Below, piece by piece: positions 32,949-42,896 of a stretch of 64,000 bases of DNA; the first letter of the stretch is position 1, and each line of letters opens with the position of its first letter. The DNA lies in contig CAYYMM010000001.1 of assembly GCA_964472395.1 (NCBI GenBank), forward strand, positions 36,069-100,068. Reading direction: 5' to 3'. The notes below the pieces were generated by a model. The model made no database searches and was not told the DNA's origin. It saw nothing but the letters and a program-made list of their open reading frames with translations. A program made the translations under genes and the position numbers. This stretch comes from an uncultured bacterium (GTDB taxonomy: Bacteria > CSSED10-310 > CALFER01).

Positions 32949-35060
32949 ATGCATCTCGATAATCTCTCCGGAATGCAGATCCGCGAATATCGTGTGATCG
33001 AAAAACTCGGTCAGGGCGGAATGGCGACGGTGTTCAAGGTCGAGCATGTCTTGTTGCGCACGTTTCGCGCGATGAAGGTGATCCGACCGGTCAAGAACCA
33101 AGATGCGCAGTATGTTCTGCGTTTCGAGCGCGAAGCTCGTGTACTTGTCAGCCTCGACCACATCAACCTTGTGCGCGTCTATGATTTTTTTCAAGAAGAG
33201 GGGTGCCTGTTCCTGATCATGGAATATGTGCCCGGTGAGAGCATGGAGGTGCGGCTGCGAAGAACACATGTGTTTTCGGCACGTGATGTGATCGAGATTC
33301 TCTCGCAGGCCTGCGAAGGCTTGCATGTCGCTCATCAAGCCGGCATCGTGCATCGCGATCTGGCGCCGGACAATCTCCTGATCATGCCGCTTTCCGATGG
33401 GTGTGAACGAATCAAGGTCATTGATTTCGGCATTGCAAAGGATGTGACTGAGAGTCAGACGGATGGGCTGACCGTGATGGGCAAATTTGTCGGTAAACTG
33501 GCGTATTGTTCACCGGAACAGGCTGCCGGAAACGCGCTGGATCAACGCAGCGACATCTATTCATTGGGCTTGGTCGCCCATCGAGCCTTGACGGGACGCA
33601 TCCCGTTCCATCCCAAATCCCCGTTCGAAGCACTCGCCCTGAGGCAGGTTCAGGATGCGCCGACGCTGTCGGAAAGCCGACCGGATGGACGATTCCCGGA
33701 CAGGTTGGAGGCAGCCGTGGCGCGAGCGCTCAAGCGAGATCCTCGTGAACGGTTTCAGCGTGTGCTGGAGTTCCGGGATGCACTGCGCGATGTCATGGGT
33801 GAATGTGAGGCGGCGAACGAAGACACTCAGTTTCGTACCACATCGAAAGCGGCGAAACAGATTCCTGGATCAGAGTCGCTGTCCGACCGGATCGAGCCCG
33901 ACGGGACTGACGATCGGACAATCGAGGGGCAACGCGCCGCCGTTCCGATCGAAGTGGATCTGGATCGCCTGGAGACCTCGGTTCGCGATTTCCCCTGGGG
34001 TATCTTCATTGTGATTGCTCTGGCTGTTGCCGCATTCGTAATCGGCTGGTATCAAATCTCACACTACGGGAAGCAGGCGCCGACGATGCCGATACCGCCG
34101 ACGATTTCTGTTTCGTCGCCGACTCATACGATGACGCCTGAAGACACCGAGACACCCTTGCCGACGATGATGGATACTCCGACCATGACCCCGGAGCCCC
34201 TCCCGGAAACCCTTCCCATCCAGACTCAATCTCCCGTCAACACTCGACCAGAACCGACGACCGCCGACTCAGACCGAACTCTTGCGATCGTGAAGGCAAC
34301 CGCTGAGGCTGAAAAAGCCCGCTGGGTCTCTGCTCCCACAGACGTGCCGTTGGCGCGGATCGCGCACGGCGCGGTCGTGATCGGCAGTGATCCCGATGAA
34401 CCCGGGAGGCGCGATGACGAATCGGTTTGGGCGGTTGGAATCAGCAGGGATTATCAGGTATCTGTCACCGAAGTGACTCAGGCCCAGTATCTTGCGGTCA
34501 TGGGCCACAATCCCAGCCGGAATAAAGGGCCGGATTATCCCGTCGAGAGTGTCACGTGGTTCGATGCGCTCCGGTTCTGCAATGCGCTGTCGATCAAGCA
34601 GGGGATCAAGCCGGCCTATGAGATCACGAAGGATGGAGATAGCATCGAGGTGAGCTGGCTGCCGAATTCCAGCGGATACCGTCTGCCGACCGAGGCGGAA
34701 TGGGAAACGGCGGCGCGTGCCGGCAGAAAGACGCCATTTACGGTCGGGGGCAGGCTCACACAGGGGCACGCGAATTTCGACAATCCTTCCGGAATTAAAA
34801 CAGTGCGCTGTTACGAACCGAATGCGGCCGGGATATATGATGTCGAAGGGAACGTGCGGGAATGGTGTTGGGACGGGTATGGCGAATATGGAACCGAGCC
34901 AGTGACCGATCCGTCGGGACAAGCGGCTTCATCGCGGAGAGTGGTGCGGGGCGGGAGTTTCCGAACGAAGATGGAGGGATGCCGGCTGGCGGGGCGGGAT
35001 TCCGAGGAGGCGGGGAAACGTTCCGACGACATCGGATTCCGGGTGGTGCGGAACCCGTGA
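32949..35060 (+). CDS. Ser/Thr protein kinase fused through a TM helix and PT-rich linker to a C-terminal FGE-sulfatase (formylglycine-generating-enzyme family) domain
   Basis: Kinase motifs HRDLAPDNLL and DFGIAK. TM helix GIFIVIALAVAAFVIGW. FGE-family motifs VTWFDALRFCNALS, GYRLPTEAEWE, NVREWCWDGY, RVVRGGSF. Confidence 0.85.
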   Translation: MHLDNLSGMQIREYRVIEKLGQGGMATVFKVEHVLLRTFRAMKVIRPVKNQDAQYVLRFEREARVLVSLDHINLVRVYDFFQEEGCLFLIMEYVPGESMEVRLRRTHVFSARDVIEILSQACEGLHVAHQAGIVHRDLAPDNLLIMPLSDGCERIKVIDFGIAKDVTESQTDGLTVMGKFVGKLAYCSPEQAAGNALDQRSDIYSLGLVAHRALTGRIPFHPKSPFEALALRQVQDAPTLSESRPDGRFPDRLEAAVARALKRDPRERFQRVLEFRDALRDVMGECEAANEDTQFRTTSKAAKQIPGSESLSDRIEPDGTDDRTIEGQRAAVPIEVDLDRLETSVRDFPWGIFIVIALAVAAFVIGWYQISHYGKQAPTMPIPPTISVSSPTHTMTPEDTETPLPTMMDTPTMTPEPLPETLPIQTQSPVNTRPEPTTADSDRTLAIVKATAEAEKARWVSAPTDVPLARIAHGAVVIGSDPDEPGRRDDESVWAVGISRDYQVSVTEVTQAQYLAVMGHNPSRNKGPDYPVESVTWFDALRFCNALSIKQGIKPAYEITKDGDSIEVSWLPNSSGYRLPTEAEWETAARAGRKTPFTVGGRLTQGHANFDNPSGIKTVRCYEPNAAGIYDVEGNVREWCWDGYGEYGTEPVTDPSGQAASSRRVVRGGSFRTKMEGCRLAGRDSEEAGKRSDDIGFRVVRNP

Positions 35061-35255
35061 ACGAATCCGGCAGACAGAGCGCTTGCTGTTAGTATCGGAA
35101 TATAGTAGAATTAACTGTTAACGCTCTGATCGCCCTTTCGATCAAAGCGACGGCGGAATTTCCGCAACGTGTTGATTTTTAAGAATATCGGGTGCCTGCG
35201 AAGCGTTCATCAACAGGGATGAGCGGTCGGAGGTAGGATTTGAAAAGGAGGAGTT

Positions 35256-37634
35256 ATGAACAAATGGACGTTCCTGGCGATGCTGCTCGCGGTCGTCGCA
35301 TCGATCGGATCGGTGCGTGCCGACATCATCGCGGGGTGGGATTTTGAAGATCAGAATCTGAGTGTTGATCAGACCACTCCGAACAACCTGGACAATGTGA
35401 TCACGACGACATCGACCGCCACGGTGGTTTACTCGGCGGGCGCCGGCGGGAGTCTTTACGCCGCTTCGTGGTCCGACATGGCTAATCTGAATTTGAGTTA
35501 CATCGAGGTGCCGGTCGATACGACGGGATACAGCAATATTGCGTTCATCTTCAGCGCGCGTACCTCGAATACCGCATCCAAGTACTGGAAAGTGCAGTAT
35601 TCCTCGACAGGATCAGCCGGTCCTTTCACAGATGCCACACAGATCATCGAACAACAGAGCACTGCCTGGACGCTCAATAACGTCTTTGATCTCTCAACCG
35701 TCACCGATCTCAATGACAACGCCGACGTCGTGTTCCGCATCGTGGCGACCGACAGCACCGGAACGGGCAGCGGGACCTGGGTTCAGGCCGATGGCGAAGG
35801 CGCACCGGCATCCACCGGCACCTTCCGTATCGATGACGTCAAGATCCAGAACGATGTGACTGTTCCTCCGACCAGCACGCCGGCCCTGACCAACACGCCC
35901 GGCCCGCCGACCAATACTCCCGGCCCGCCCACCGCGACACCGACCGGTCCGACTCCGACGCCTCCTCCGGTGACCGCGATCAAGATCAACGAAATCTACA
36001 TCAATCCTCCCGGAACGGACATCGGCTGTTATGTTGAGCTGTATTTCCCCGGCGGATCGAGTCTTGATGGGTATACACTCGTCGGCGTCAACGGCAATGA
36101 CGGCGCGGACTACGGTTCGATCAGCCTGTCCGGACAGTCGATCCCGGCGGACGGGTACTTTGTCATCGCTCAGGACACCAACGTCGCGAACGCCGATCTG
36201 ATAGATGTTCTGGCCAACTATCAGAACGGGCCGGACAGCATTCAGCTTCGACAGGGCGCAACGGTCATCGATGCGATCGGATACGGCGATTTTACCGGCG
36301 GAACGTTCTTCGCGGGAGAAGGCACGGCAGCTCCGGCATACTTCACGGGAGAGCAATCGCATTCGCGTCTGCCGGATGGCTTCGATACAAATGACAACGT
36401 GGTCGACTTCCAGGCCGGTCAGCTCACTCCGGGATCTGCGAATCTTCCCGGCGGCGGCAGCGACACGCCTACTCCGGGAGCTACCGCGACCGTGCCGACT
36501 CCGACTCCAACCGGGCCGACCCCAACGCCTCCCCCGGTCTACAACATTAAAATCAACGAAGTGCATGTCAATCCGGACGGCGCTGATGTGGGATGCTACG
36601 TCGAACTCTACATGCCGACCGGCACGACCGTCAGTCTGGACGGTTACTATCTGGTCGGTGTGAACGGTTTCGACGGCATCGATTATCAGGCCATCCCGCT
36701 CACCGGAACGATCGGCCCCGGACAGTACTTCGTCGTGGCACAGGATACGTCCGTGCCCAATGCCTCGATGATCGATGAAAATGTCAATTTCCAGAATGGT
36801 CCGGATAATATTCAGCTCCGTGCCGGTATGAGCACGGTGGTGGATGCGATCGGATATGGGACATTCCTTCCGACCGATACATTCGTCGGTGAGGGGACGC
36901 CGGTTCCGTATGCGAATCCCACCGGCAATCTCTCGCTGTCGAGACTTCCAAACGGTACCGATACGGAGAACAACTCGGTCGATTTCCAGAACGGCGAACT
37001 GACCGCGGGTGCCTCGAACGTTGCAGCCGGCGCCGCCACACCGACTCCGGGACCGTCGACTCCGACCGCAACTCCGACCCGGACTGCAACCCCCACCTTT
37101 ACTCCGCTTCCACCGACCCCCACACCCACGACGCCTCCAGGCAGCCCGACCTATACGGCAGTTCCGACGAACACTCCGACGAATACCCCGACAACGCCAC
37201 CGACGCACTCACCTACACCGACGAGCACAAGCGGCGGGCCGACGCATACACCTGCTCCCACAGAGACCCCCGATCCCTGCACGACACTCGGCGTCACACT
37301 CGAAATGCCGTCTCACATGTTCCATCCCGGCGATCCGTGCTATCTGAAGGCATTCGTCTGCAATCCGAACGCGGATACTTACAACCAGGTTCCGGTCTTC
37401 GTGATTCTCGAGGTCGGCGGGCAGTATTTCTTCGCGCCGAGCTTCACGAGCTTCGACCATTACACATTAAATGTGACACCGGGGATGCACCAACTCGATC
37501 CGCTCCCCCTATTCACATGGCCCTCGGGTGTCGGTTCCGCCGATGGCTTGACCTTCTATGGTGCGATGACGGATCAGGCGATCACGACTCTCTTCGGAGA
37601 ATTGGATACCTGGACATTCGGATGGGCCGAGTAG
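35256..37634 (+). CDS. Secreted protein with two LTD repeats, an N-terminal domain homologous to that of 23371..26466, PT linkers and the shared ~115-aa C-terminal domain
   Basis: 792 aa. Signal peptide MNKWTFLAMLLAVVASIGSVRA. LTD signatures begin IKINEIYINPPGTDIGCYVELYFPGG and IKINEVHVNPDGADVGCYVELYMPTG. C-terminal domain 37278..37634. Confidence 0.8.
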   Translation: MNKWTFLAMLLAVVASIGSVRADIIAGWDFEDQNLSVDQTTPNNLDNVITTTSTATVVYSAGAGGSLYAASWSDMANLNLSYIEVPVDTTGYSNIAFIFSARTSNTASKYWKVQYSSTGSAGPFTDATQIIEQQSTAWTLNNVFDLSTVTDLNDNADVVFRIVATDSTGTGSGTWVQADGEGAPASTGTFRIDDVKIQNDVTVPPTSTPALTNTPGPPTNTPGPPTATPTGPTPTPPPVTAIKINEIYINPPGTDIGCYVELYFPGGSSLDGYTLVGVNGNDGADYGSISLSGQSIPADGYFVIAQDTNVANADLIDVLANYQNGPDSIQLRQGATVIDAIGYGDFTGGTFFAGEGTAAPAYFTGEQSHSRLPDGFDTNDNVVDFQAGQLTPGSANLPGGGSDTPTPGATATVPTPTPTGPTPTPPPVYNIKINEVHVNPDGADVGCYVELYMPTGTTVSLDGYYLVGVNGFDGIDYQAIPLTGTIGPGQYFVVAQDTSVPNASMIDENVNFQNGPDNIQLRAGMSTVVDAIGYGTFLPTDTFVGEGTPVPYANPTGNLSLSRLPNGTDTENNSVDFQNGELTAGASNVAAGAATPTPGPSTPTATPTRTATPTFTPLPPTPTPTTPPGSPTYTAVPTNTPTNTPTTPPTHSPTPTSTSGGPTHTPAPTETPDPCTTLGVTLEMPSHMFHPGDPCYLKAFVCNPNADTYNQVPVFVILEVGGQYFFAPSFTSFDHYTLNVTPGMHQLDPLPLFTWPSGVGSADGLTFYGAMTDQAITTLFGELDTWTFGWAE

Positions 37635-37715
37635 GACACGATCGGGCCAGATAAGACTCTATGATTTCACTGCGGGCATCGATTTGATCGATGCCCGTTG
37701 TGTTTACATGTGTGA

Positions 37716-39254
37716 CTAAGAATCTGCGGGATGCTTGCCAGTGAGATCGAACAGAATGACCGAAACACCGATGAAGCTACGTTCTTCGATTTTTTCGTAT
37801 CGGGTCTCCAGCCATTCCAGGACTTTCTTGTTGTGTTGCGTGTAAAAATCGACACATCCGTCCAGTTCGAAACACCAGTCAGTTTTGTAGACCCAAAGTC
37901 GTTGATGCGAATCGAGCCATTCAGGGGCCAGGTTTGTGGAGCGCACTTCGGGGTACTGCTGCACGATATCGTCGAGATTGAATTTGTGGATCAAATCCTT
38001 CCGATACTCGTCGTCGATGTCGAGGAAGTATGCGGGAGGAAACTGATTGAGATACACGAGATAGTACCAGACGGGAAACGTGCCACTTTCACAGGTTGTT
38101 CCGATGATATCTCCGGGCAGGAATTGTGTATCGATCCATCGGGATGCTTCACGAAATTCCTTCCGGGGCTGTATCTGCGAACGCATGCCGCTTTTGTAAT
38201 CGTTCCGATAATGGTAACTCAGCGTGAAGGCGTGAATCATGGTCAGAGCGGACAAAACGAAGATGGTGAGTTTTCGTGACCCAAACCTGTTGATTCCGTG
38301 TGCAATCGCAATCAGAAATGGCGCGAGAGCGAAGATGGTGTATCGAGGGACGAAGATGCAGGTCGGAAGAAGCAGCGATGTGAGCAAGGCGAGGCTGACA
38401 GGAATGATTCCTGCTGCGATCAGATAGTGTTGAAGAACAGGCTTCTGCCGGTCCAGGATTCCGAACAGCGCCGCCGAAGCACAGGCGAGACCTACTGTGA
38501 TGTAGACGATACGGGAGGCTTCATACCCTGAGCTGTACACCGACACAAGCTCCCAAACCGTTCGGATTGACACCGGCGGACACCAGAATGTCGCGGTGAT
38601 GATCCCTTTTGAAAGTGTGAAGAAACGGGCCAGGTAAGGAGCAAAAAAGAGAGACAGAAGGGTGCCAGCCAGCAGACTTCGCTTCACTGCGATTTTGAAG
38701 GGCAAAAACAGAAACAGGCCTAGGATCTGTCCGGCGAGAAAGAACAGAGAATAGTAATGGGTGTAAAGAAAGGCGGTGTCAACGAGGATCCAGCCGGCGA
38801 GATCAATAGAAGAACCAGATTCAGTCCAGCGTACGAAAAACAGCCAGGAAAGCACGGCAAGCAGCAGCGCGAGAGAATACATCCGGAGTTCCCTGGAGTA
38901 ATAAACAGCAAACGGCGATACCGATAGCAGTAAAGAAGCAGTCAATGCGGTTCGATGCGTCGAGATGTGTAAGGTGAGAAAGTACAGAGCGGGGATTGCT
39001 GCAACTCCGAATATTACCGGTAATGTCCGGAGCCCGAATTCGGAAGTAAAAAACAGGAGCCATAGGTTTAGAAAGACATGAAAGAAAGGCGGATGAAACG
39101 ACCGACCAACCACACTGCTGTAAATGGATTCGGTTTCATCCATCCAGAACGAATAATCGCCGAGGCGATACAGTCTGAGTCCGATTGCCACTGTTGTGAT
39201 AACCGCAAGGAGTACAAGGGAACGTCGATATAAAGGAATCGATCTGTGGTTCAT
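37716..39254 (-). CDS. GT39/GT83-type membrane glycosyltransferase (ArnT / protein O-mannosyltransferase-like)
   Basis: 512 aa polytopic protein. N-terminal loop motif YRLGDYSFWMDETESIY is typical of lipid-linked sugar-dependent GT-C enzymes. Confidence 0.7.
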   Translation of the reverse strand: MNHRSIPLYRRSLVLLAVITTVAIGLRLYRLGDYSFWMDETESIYSSVVGRSFHPPFFHVFLNLWLLFFTSEFGLRTLPVIFGVAAIPALYFLTLHISTHRTALTASLLLSVSPFAVYYSRELRMYSLALLLAVLSWLFFVRWTESGSSIDLAGWILVDTAFLYTHYYSLFFLAGQILGLFLFLPFKIAVKRSLLAGTLLSLFFAPYLARFFTLSKGIITATFWCPPVSIRTVWELVSVYSSGYEASRIVYITVGLACASAALFGILDRQKPVLQHYLIAAGIIPVSLALLTSLLLPTCIFVPRYTIFALAPFLIAIAHGINRFGSRKLTIFVLSALTMIHAFTLSYHYRNDYKSGMRSQIQPRKEFREASRWIDTQFLPGDIIGTTCESGTFPVWYYLVYLNQFPPAYFLDIDDEYRKDLIHKFNLDDIVQQYPEVRSTNLAPEWLDSHQRLWVYKTDWCFELDGCVDFYTQHNKKVLEWLETRYEKIEERSFIGVSVILFDLTGKHPADS

Positions 39255-40720
39255 TTCTGGTTATTGGAGGAAAAACTTCCCTGGACGAGATACTTCCAGA
39301 ATTTCCGGAGTGATTTCAGTGTTCGTACGGCCTCGTCCGGCCTGGTCAGGATCTGCCGGAGCTTAAAGAGGATGTATCGCGGTCTGAGATAGAACTCGCG
39401 CCTCGCCCGGTCACAAAAGGCAACCAGTTGTGTATGACTGAGTTCCGGGCGATTGACGACGCAGTTGTGAAGACCTTCCGGTGTCAGCCAGCATGAGAAA
39501 TCGTTTGTTGCCAGATAACCACTCGACCGCGCCCATTCAAATGCTTCCGTTCCCGGATAGACCATCAGCGGGAAAAACTGGGCGGTATCGGTATTCAATT
39601 CCTTGGCAAACGCCAGTGTGGCCTCGAGAGTTTCTTCGGTTTCCTCGGGGAGTCCGACGAGATAACACCCGTGTACCATGATTCCCGCACGCTTCGCGTC
39701 CCGGACAAACCGTCGGCTCTGTTCGAGGGTCAGTTTCTTGTTCATCCGATCCAGGATCGTCTGACTGCCGCTTTCGAATCCGACACACAACAGGCGGCAT
39801 CCTCCCTTTTTCAACCATTTCAGCGTTTCAAAATCGACATCAGCCCGCGAATTCGCAGTGAACCCGATACGAATCCCGCGTTCGATTTTTCGTCGCATCA
39901 ATGCCTGGCAACGGACCGCGTCCAGCGTCATCGCATCATCCTCGATGAAAAGCTCGCGAACCCCCTCAAAATGAGTCTCGACGAATTCCCATTCATCCAG
40001 AACCTTCTCGATGTCCCGGAACCGCACCCGTCTGCCGGTCAGGTTCTGCGGATAGACGCAGTAAATGCAGTGATGCAGGCATCCCCGGCTGGTGATGAGC
40101 GTGACTTCGGGGTATCGGGCGATCGAGTAGAAATAATCCTTGAAATTCAGAAATTTTCGATAGACTTCCGCCACCATCGGCAGGTCATCGAGCTGTTCGT
40201 TGAGGGGGCGAGGAGCCGTGCGGATGATGTCGGAACCGAGGCGGAAAGCGAGTCCCGGAATGGTGCGCCAGCGGTCCCGAGGGTCGTGCAGGTGTCCGGC
40301 CAGTTCGCAGAGTGTCAGCTCATATTCGCCGATGACGACCGCATCCGCGGACGCATTCCCGCGGAGAGTCTCCTCTGGAACAGCCGAAACATGCACGCCA
40401 ACGAACACCGTGATCGTGTCCGGGCATGCTGTCTTGCACGCAGCTCCGACGGCCAGATCGTTCGCGATGCTCGGGGTCGATGTCGCGATCACGATCAGAT
40501 CGGGTTTGCTCCGCTCGACATGTTCCGCGACATGCCCGTGCGTCCAGTTCCGGGGCACGGCATCGATCAGTTCGACGTCGTGGCCATCTTGGATCAGAGC
40601 GCCGGCGGCGTAAGCGAGCCACATCGGGTAGTAGATTGTTCCGCTCTTGGTGACGGCCGGTGAGCGTTGTTCGCGTGAGAACTGCTGGAGGAACGGTGGG
40701 TTGAGACACAGAACTTTCAC
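39251..40720 (-). CDS. Cobalamin-binding radical SAM enzyme (class B), paralogue 2
   Basis: 489 aa. B12-binding N-terminal domain (MKVLCLNPP...GHDVELIDA) and TSRGCLHHCIYCVYP. Overlaps the GT39 gene by 4 nt. Confidence 0.8.
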   Translation of the reverse strand: MKVLCLNPPFLQQFSREQRSPAVTKSGTIYYPMWLAYAAGALIQDGHDVELIDAVPRNWTHGHVAEHVERSKPDLIVIATSTPSIANDLAVGAACKTACPDTITVFVGVHVSAVPEETLRGNASADAVVIGEYELTLCELAGHLHDPRDRWRTIPGLAFRLGSDIIRTAPRPLNEQLDDLPMVAEVYRKFLNFKDYFYSIARYPEVTLITSRGCLHHCIYCVYPQNLTGRRVRFRDIEKVLDEWEFVETHFEGVRELFIEDDAMTLDAVRCQALMRRKIERGIRIGFTANSRADVDFETLKWLKKGGCRLLCVGFESGSQTILDRMNKKLTLEQSRRFVRDAKRAGIMVHGCYLVGLPEETEETLEATLAFAKELNTDTAQFFPLMVYPGTEAFEWARSSGYLATNDFSCWLTPEGLHNCVVNRPELSHTQLVAFCDRARREFYLRPRYILFKLRQILTRPDEAVRTLKSLRKFWKYLVQGSFSSNNQK

Positions 40721-41064
40721 TTGGCACCTCGCAAATCCAGCGTCAACCTATCGTGAACGCGGCCGTCTGTCAAAAAAAAGTGGAACCTTCTCCAGTTGTC
40801 CGGCGTTTCTTAGATAGCAACCTCATGGAAGCCCCCCAGCTTCCAGAAATCCTCCTCAAAGTTTCCCTCTCATTGTCCTGCCAGACATCAGGCTCCCCGA
40901 ACCGGGGAGCCTGACCCTCCTTGTAGGCTGTCCGCTTGTGCGCCTGAATTGACAGGGTCGCGCGAATTTCGTTTACTGTTCCCGGCGCCACCCATCGTTG
41001 CCCGCATGACACCAGAAAAAGGAGTCCGCGAATCGCAAAACCGGACCTCTGAGGAGACAAACCC

Positions 41065-42243
41065 ATGCTGACATTGCTCAGACACGCGAATGTTTTTACG
41101 CCGGAATCGATCGGAATCAAAGATGTTCTGCTCGGGGGCGGCCGCATCCTGTCGATAGCCGATGAGGTGCCGGACACCTTTCCCGGTATGGAGATCGTGG
41201 ACTGCACCGGAAAGACGCTCGTTCCGGGCCTGATCGATGCCCATGTACATATTGCGGGCGCTGGCGGAGAGGGCGGTCCGGCCACACGCACCCCCGAAAT
41301 GACACTCGGAAGTTTTATCGACGCCGGAGTGACAACCGTCATCGGCATGATGGGCACAGACGGCATCACACGCCATGCAGACGCGGTACTTCAGAAAGCC
41401 CGGGCGCTCACGGATGAGGGGATCTCTGTCTATATGCTCACCGGCTCCTACCAGATTCCGACACCGTCTCTGACGGGAGATGTGATGAAGGATATTGTGT
41501 ATGTACCCGAAGTGCTCGGTGTCGGGGAGGTGGCAATTTCAGATCACCGCAGTTCCGCGCCTCTGCCGCATGAACTCGTACGGCTCGCCAAACAGGTTCG
41601 AGTCGCCGGAATGATCGCCGGAAAACCTGGTGTCCTGTGTCTGCATCTCGGAGATGCTCCCGGTGCATTCGAACCGATCTTCTCCGCCGTGAAACTCGAT
41701 CCCGTTCCGCTTAAACACTTCCTTCCGACACATTGCAACCGAAGCAGGGACGTGTTTGAGCACGCCATCGAGTATGCCCGGTCAGGAGGCTGGGTTGATT
41801 TTACGACCAGCGCATATCCGTTTTACCCCGACGAAGAGGTCAAGCCATCCCGGGCCTTCAGCGAGATGCTTCGGGAGGGCATTCCCGTTACGCGTATGAC
41901 GTTCAGCTCGGATGCTGGCGGCAGTTTACCCGATTTCGATTCCGAAGGAAGACTCAGGGGACTTCAGGTCGGCGTGTCCAGATCGATCTTGACCGAACTT
42001 CAGGATCTGGTCGTCCAGGAATCTCATTCACTTTCAATCGCATTGATGCCCGTGACGCGGGTCCCCGCAGACTTGTTCGGATTGAAAACAAAAGGTCGCA
42101 TCGAAACGGGAGCAGATGCCGATCTGCTGGTTCTGGATACGTCACTGGAGATCGTTCATCTGTTTTCCCGGGGGCAGATGATGGTGCGGGACGGTAAACG
42201 GATGGTTTTCGGACGATTCGAGCGTCACCCGGATGTCACTTGA
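41065..42243 (+). CDS. iadA: Isoaspartyl dipeptidase
   Basis: 392 aa. Near-collinear similarity to IadA: LIDAHVHIAGAGGEGGPATRTPE, ISDHRSSAP, LPTHCNRS. Confidence 0.85.
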   Translation: MLTLLRHANVFTPESIGIKDVLLGGGRILSIADEVPDTFPGMEIVDCTGKTLVPGLIDAHVHIAGAGGEGGPATRTPEMTLGSFIDAGVTTVIGMMGTDGITRHADAVLQKARALTDEGISVYMLTGSYQIPTPSLTGDVMKDIVYVPEVLGVGEVAISDHRSSAPLPHELVRLAKQVRVAGMIAGKPGVLCLHLGDAPGAFEPIFSAVKLDPVPLKHFLPTHCNRSRDVFEHAIEYARSGGWVDFTTSAYPFYPDEEVKPSRAFSEMLREGIPVTRMTFSSDAGGSLPDFDSEGRLRGLQVGVSRSILTELQDLVVQESHSLSIALMPVTRVPADLFGLKTKGRIETGADADLLVLDTSLEIVHLFSRGQMMVRDGKRMVFGRFERHPDVT

Positions 42244-42291
42244 ATTTCATTCGGATTCTTGAGTATAGTAGAACGAGTGAAAGGGAAGGAT

Positions 42292-42879
42292 ATGGTCAGA
42301 TTCACATGCGGACATTGCGGAAAACCGTATGAGTTCAAATTGCTACCCATTCCTGACGAGGGCGCTCAGTTTCAGTGTGCGGAGTGCGGAAAAACCTCCA
42401 GACTCATCAATCTGAATGGAAAAGTGGTTTGCGAGCCGGAGGATGACCAGGATGCCGGACACCAGTCCGCGACGCTCGAAATGGCCGACAGTTTCCGATC
42501 CGCGCTGGATGACGAGTTGTCAACGGATGAACTGGAATCCCGCCTTCAGGGCATGTATCCGGATATGCCGTTTGAAATGGAGATCGTGATCGGGGTGATC
42601 GAAGGCCCCGACAAAGGAACGACTTATCCGCTCAGGGTGCCAATCGCGTCGATCGGGCGTATGGGATGCGACATCACTCTGAATGATGGTGAGATATCGT
42701 CCGAGCATTGCCAGATTGAAATTTACGGTAATCACATGACGATTCTGCGCGATCTTCAGAGTACCGGCGGGACATACCGCAACGGCATCCCGACCACACT
42801 GACCTGTTTGCGCCCCGGAGATCGCATTCTGATCGGCAAAACGACGCTGGTCTATATTCAAAATCCGAAACGGAGCTGA
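42292..42879 (+). CDS. Zinc-ribbon plus FHA domain protein
   Basis: N-terminal CxxC-x17-CxxC (FTCGHCGK...CAECGK). C-terminal FHA motifs (GRMGCDITLNDGEISSEHCQI, TGGTYRNG). Start trimmed to ATG 42292 after an AAGGGAAGGA RBS. Confidence 0.75.
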   Translation: MVRFTCGHCGKPYEFKLLPIPDEGAQFQCAECGKTSRLINLNGKVVCEPEDDQDAGHQSATLEMADSFRSALDDELSTDELESRLQGMYPDMPFEMEIVIGVIEGPDKGTTYPLRVPIASIGRMGCDITLNDGEISSEHCQIEIYGNHMTILRDLQSTGGTYRNGIPTTLTCLRPGDRILIGKTTLVYIQNPKRS

Positions 42880-42896
42880 TAGAAAGCGGTTTGCCG

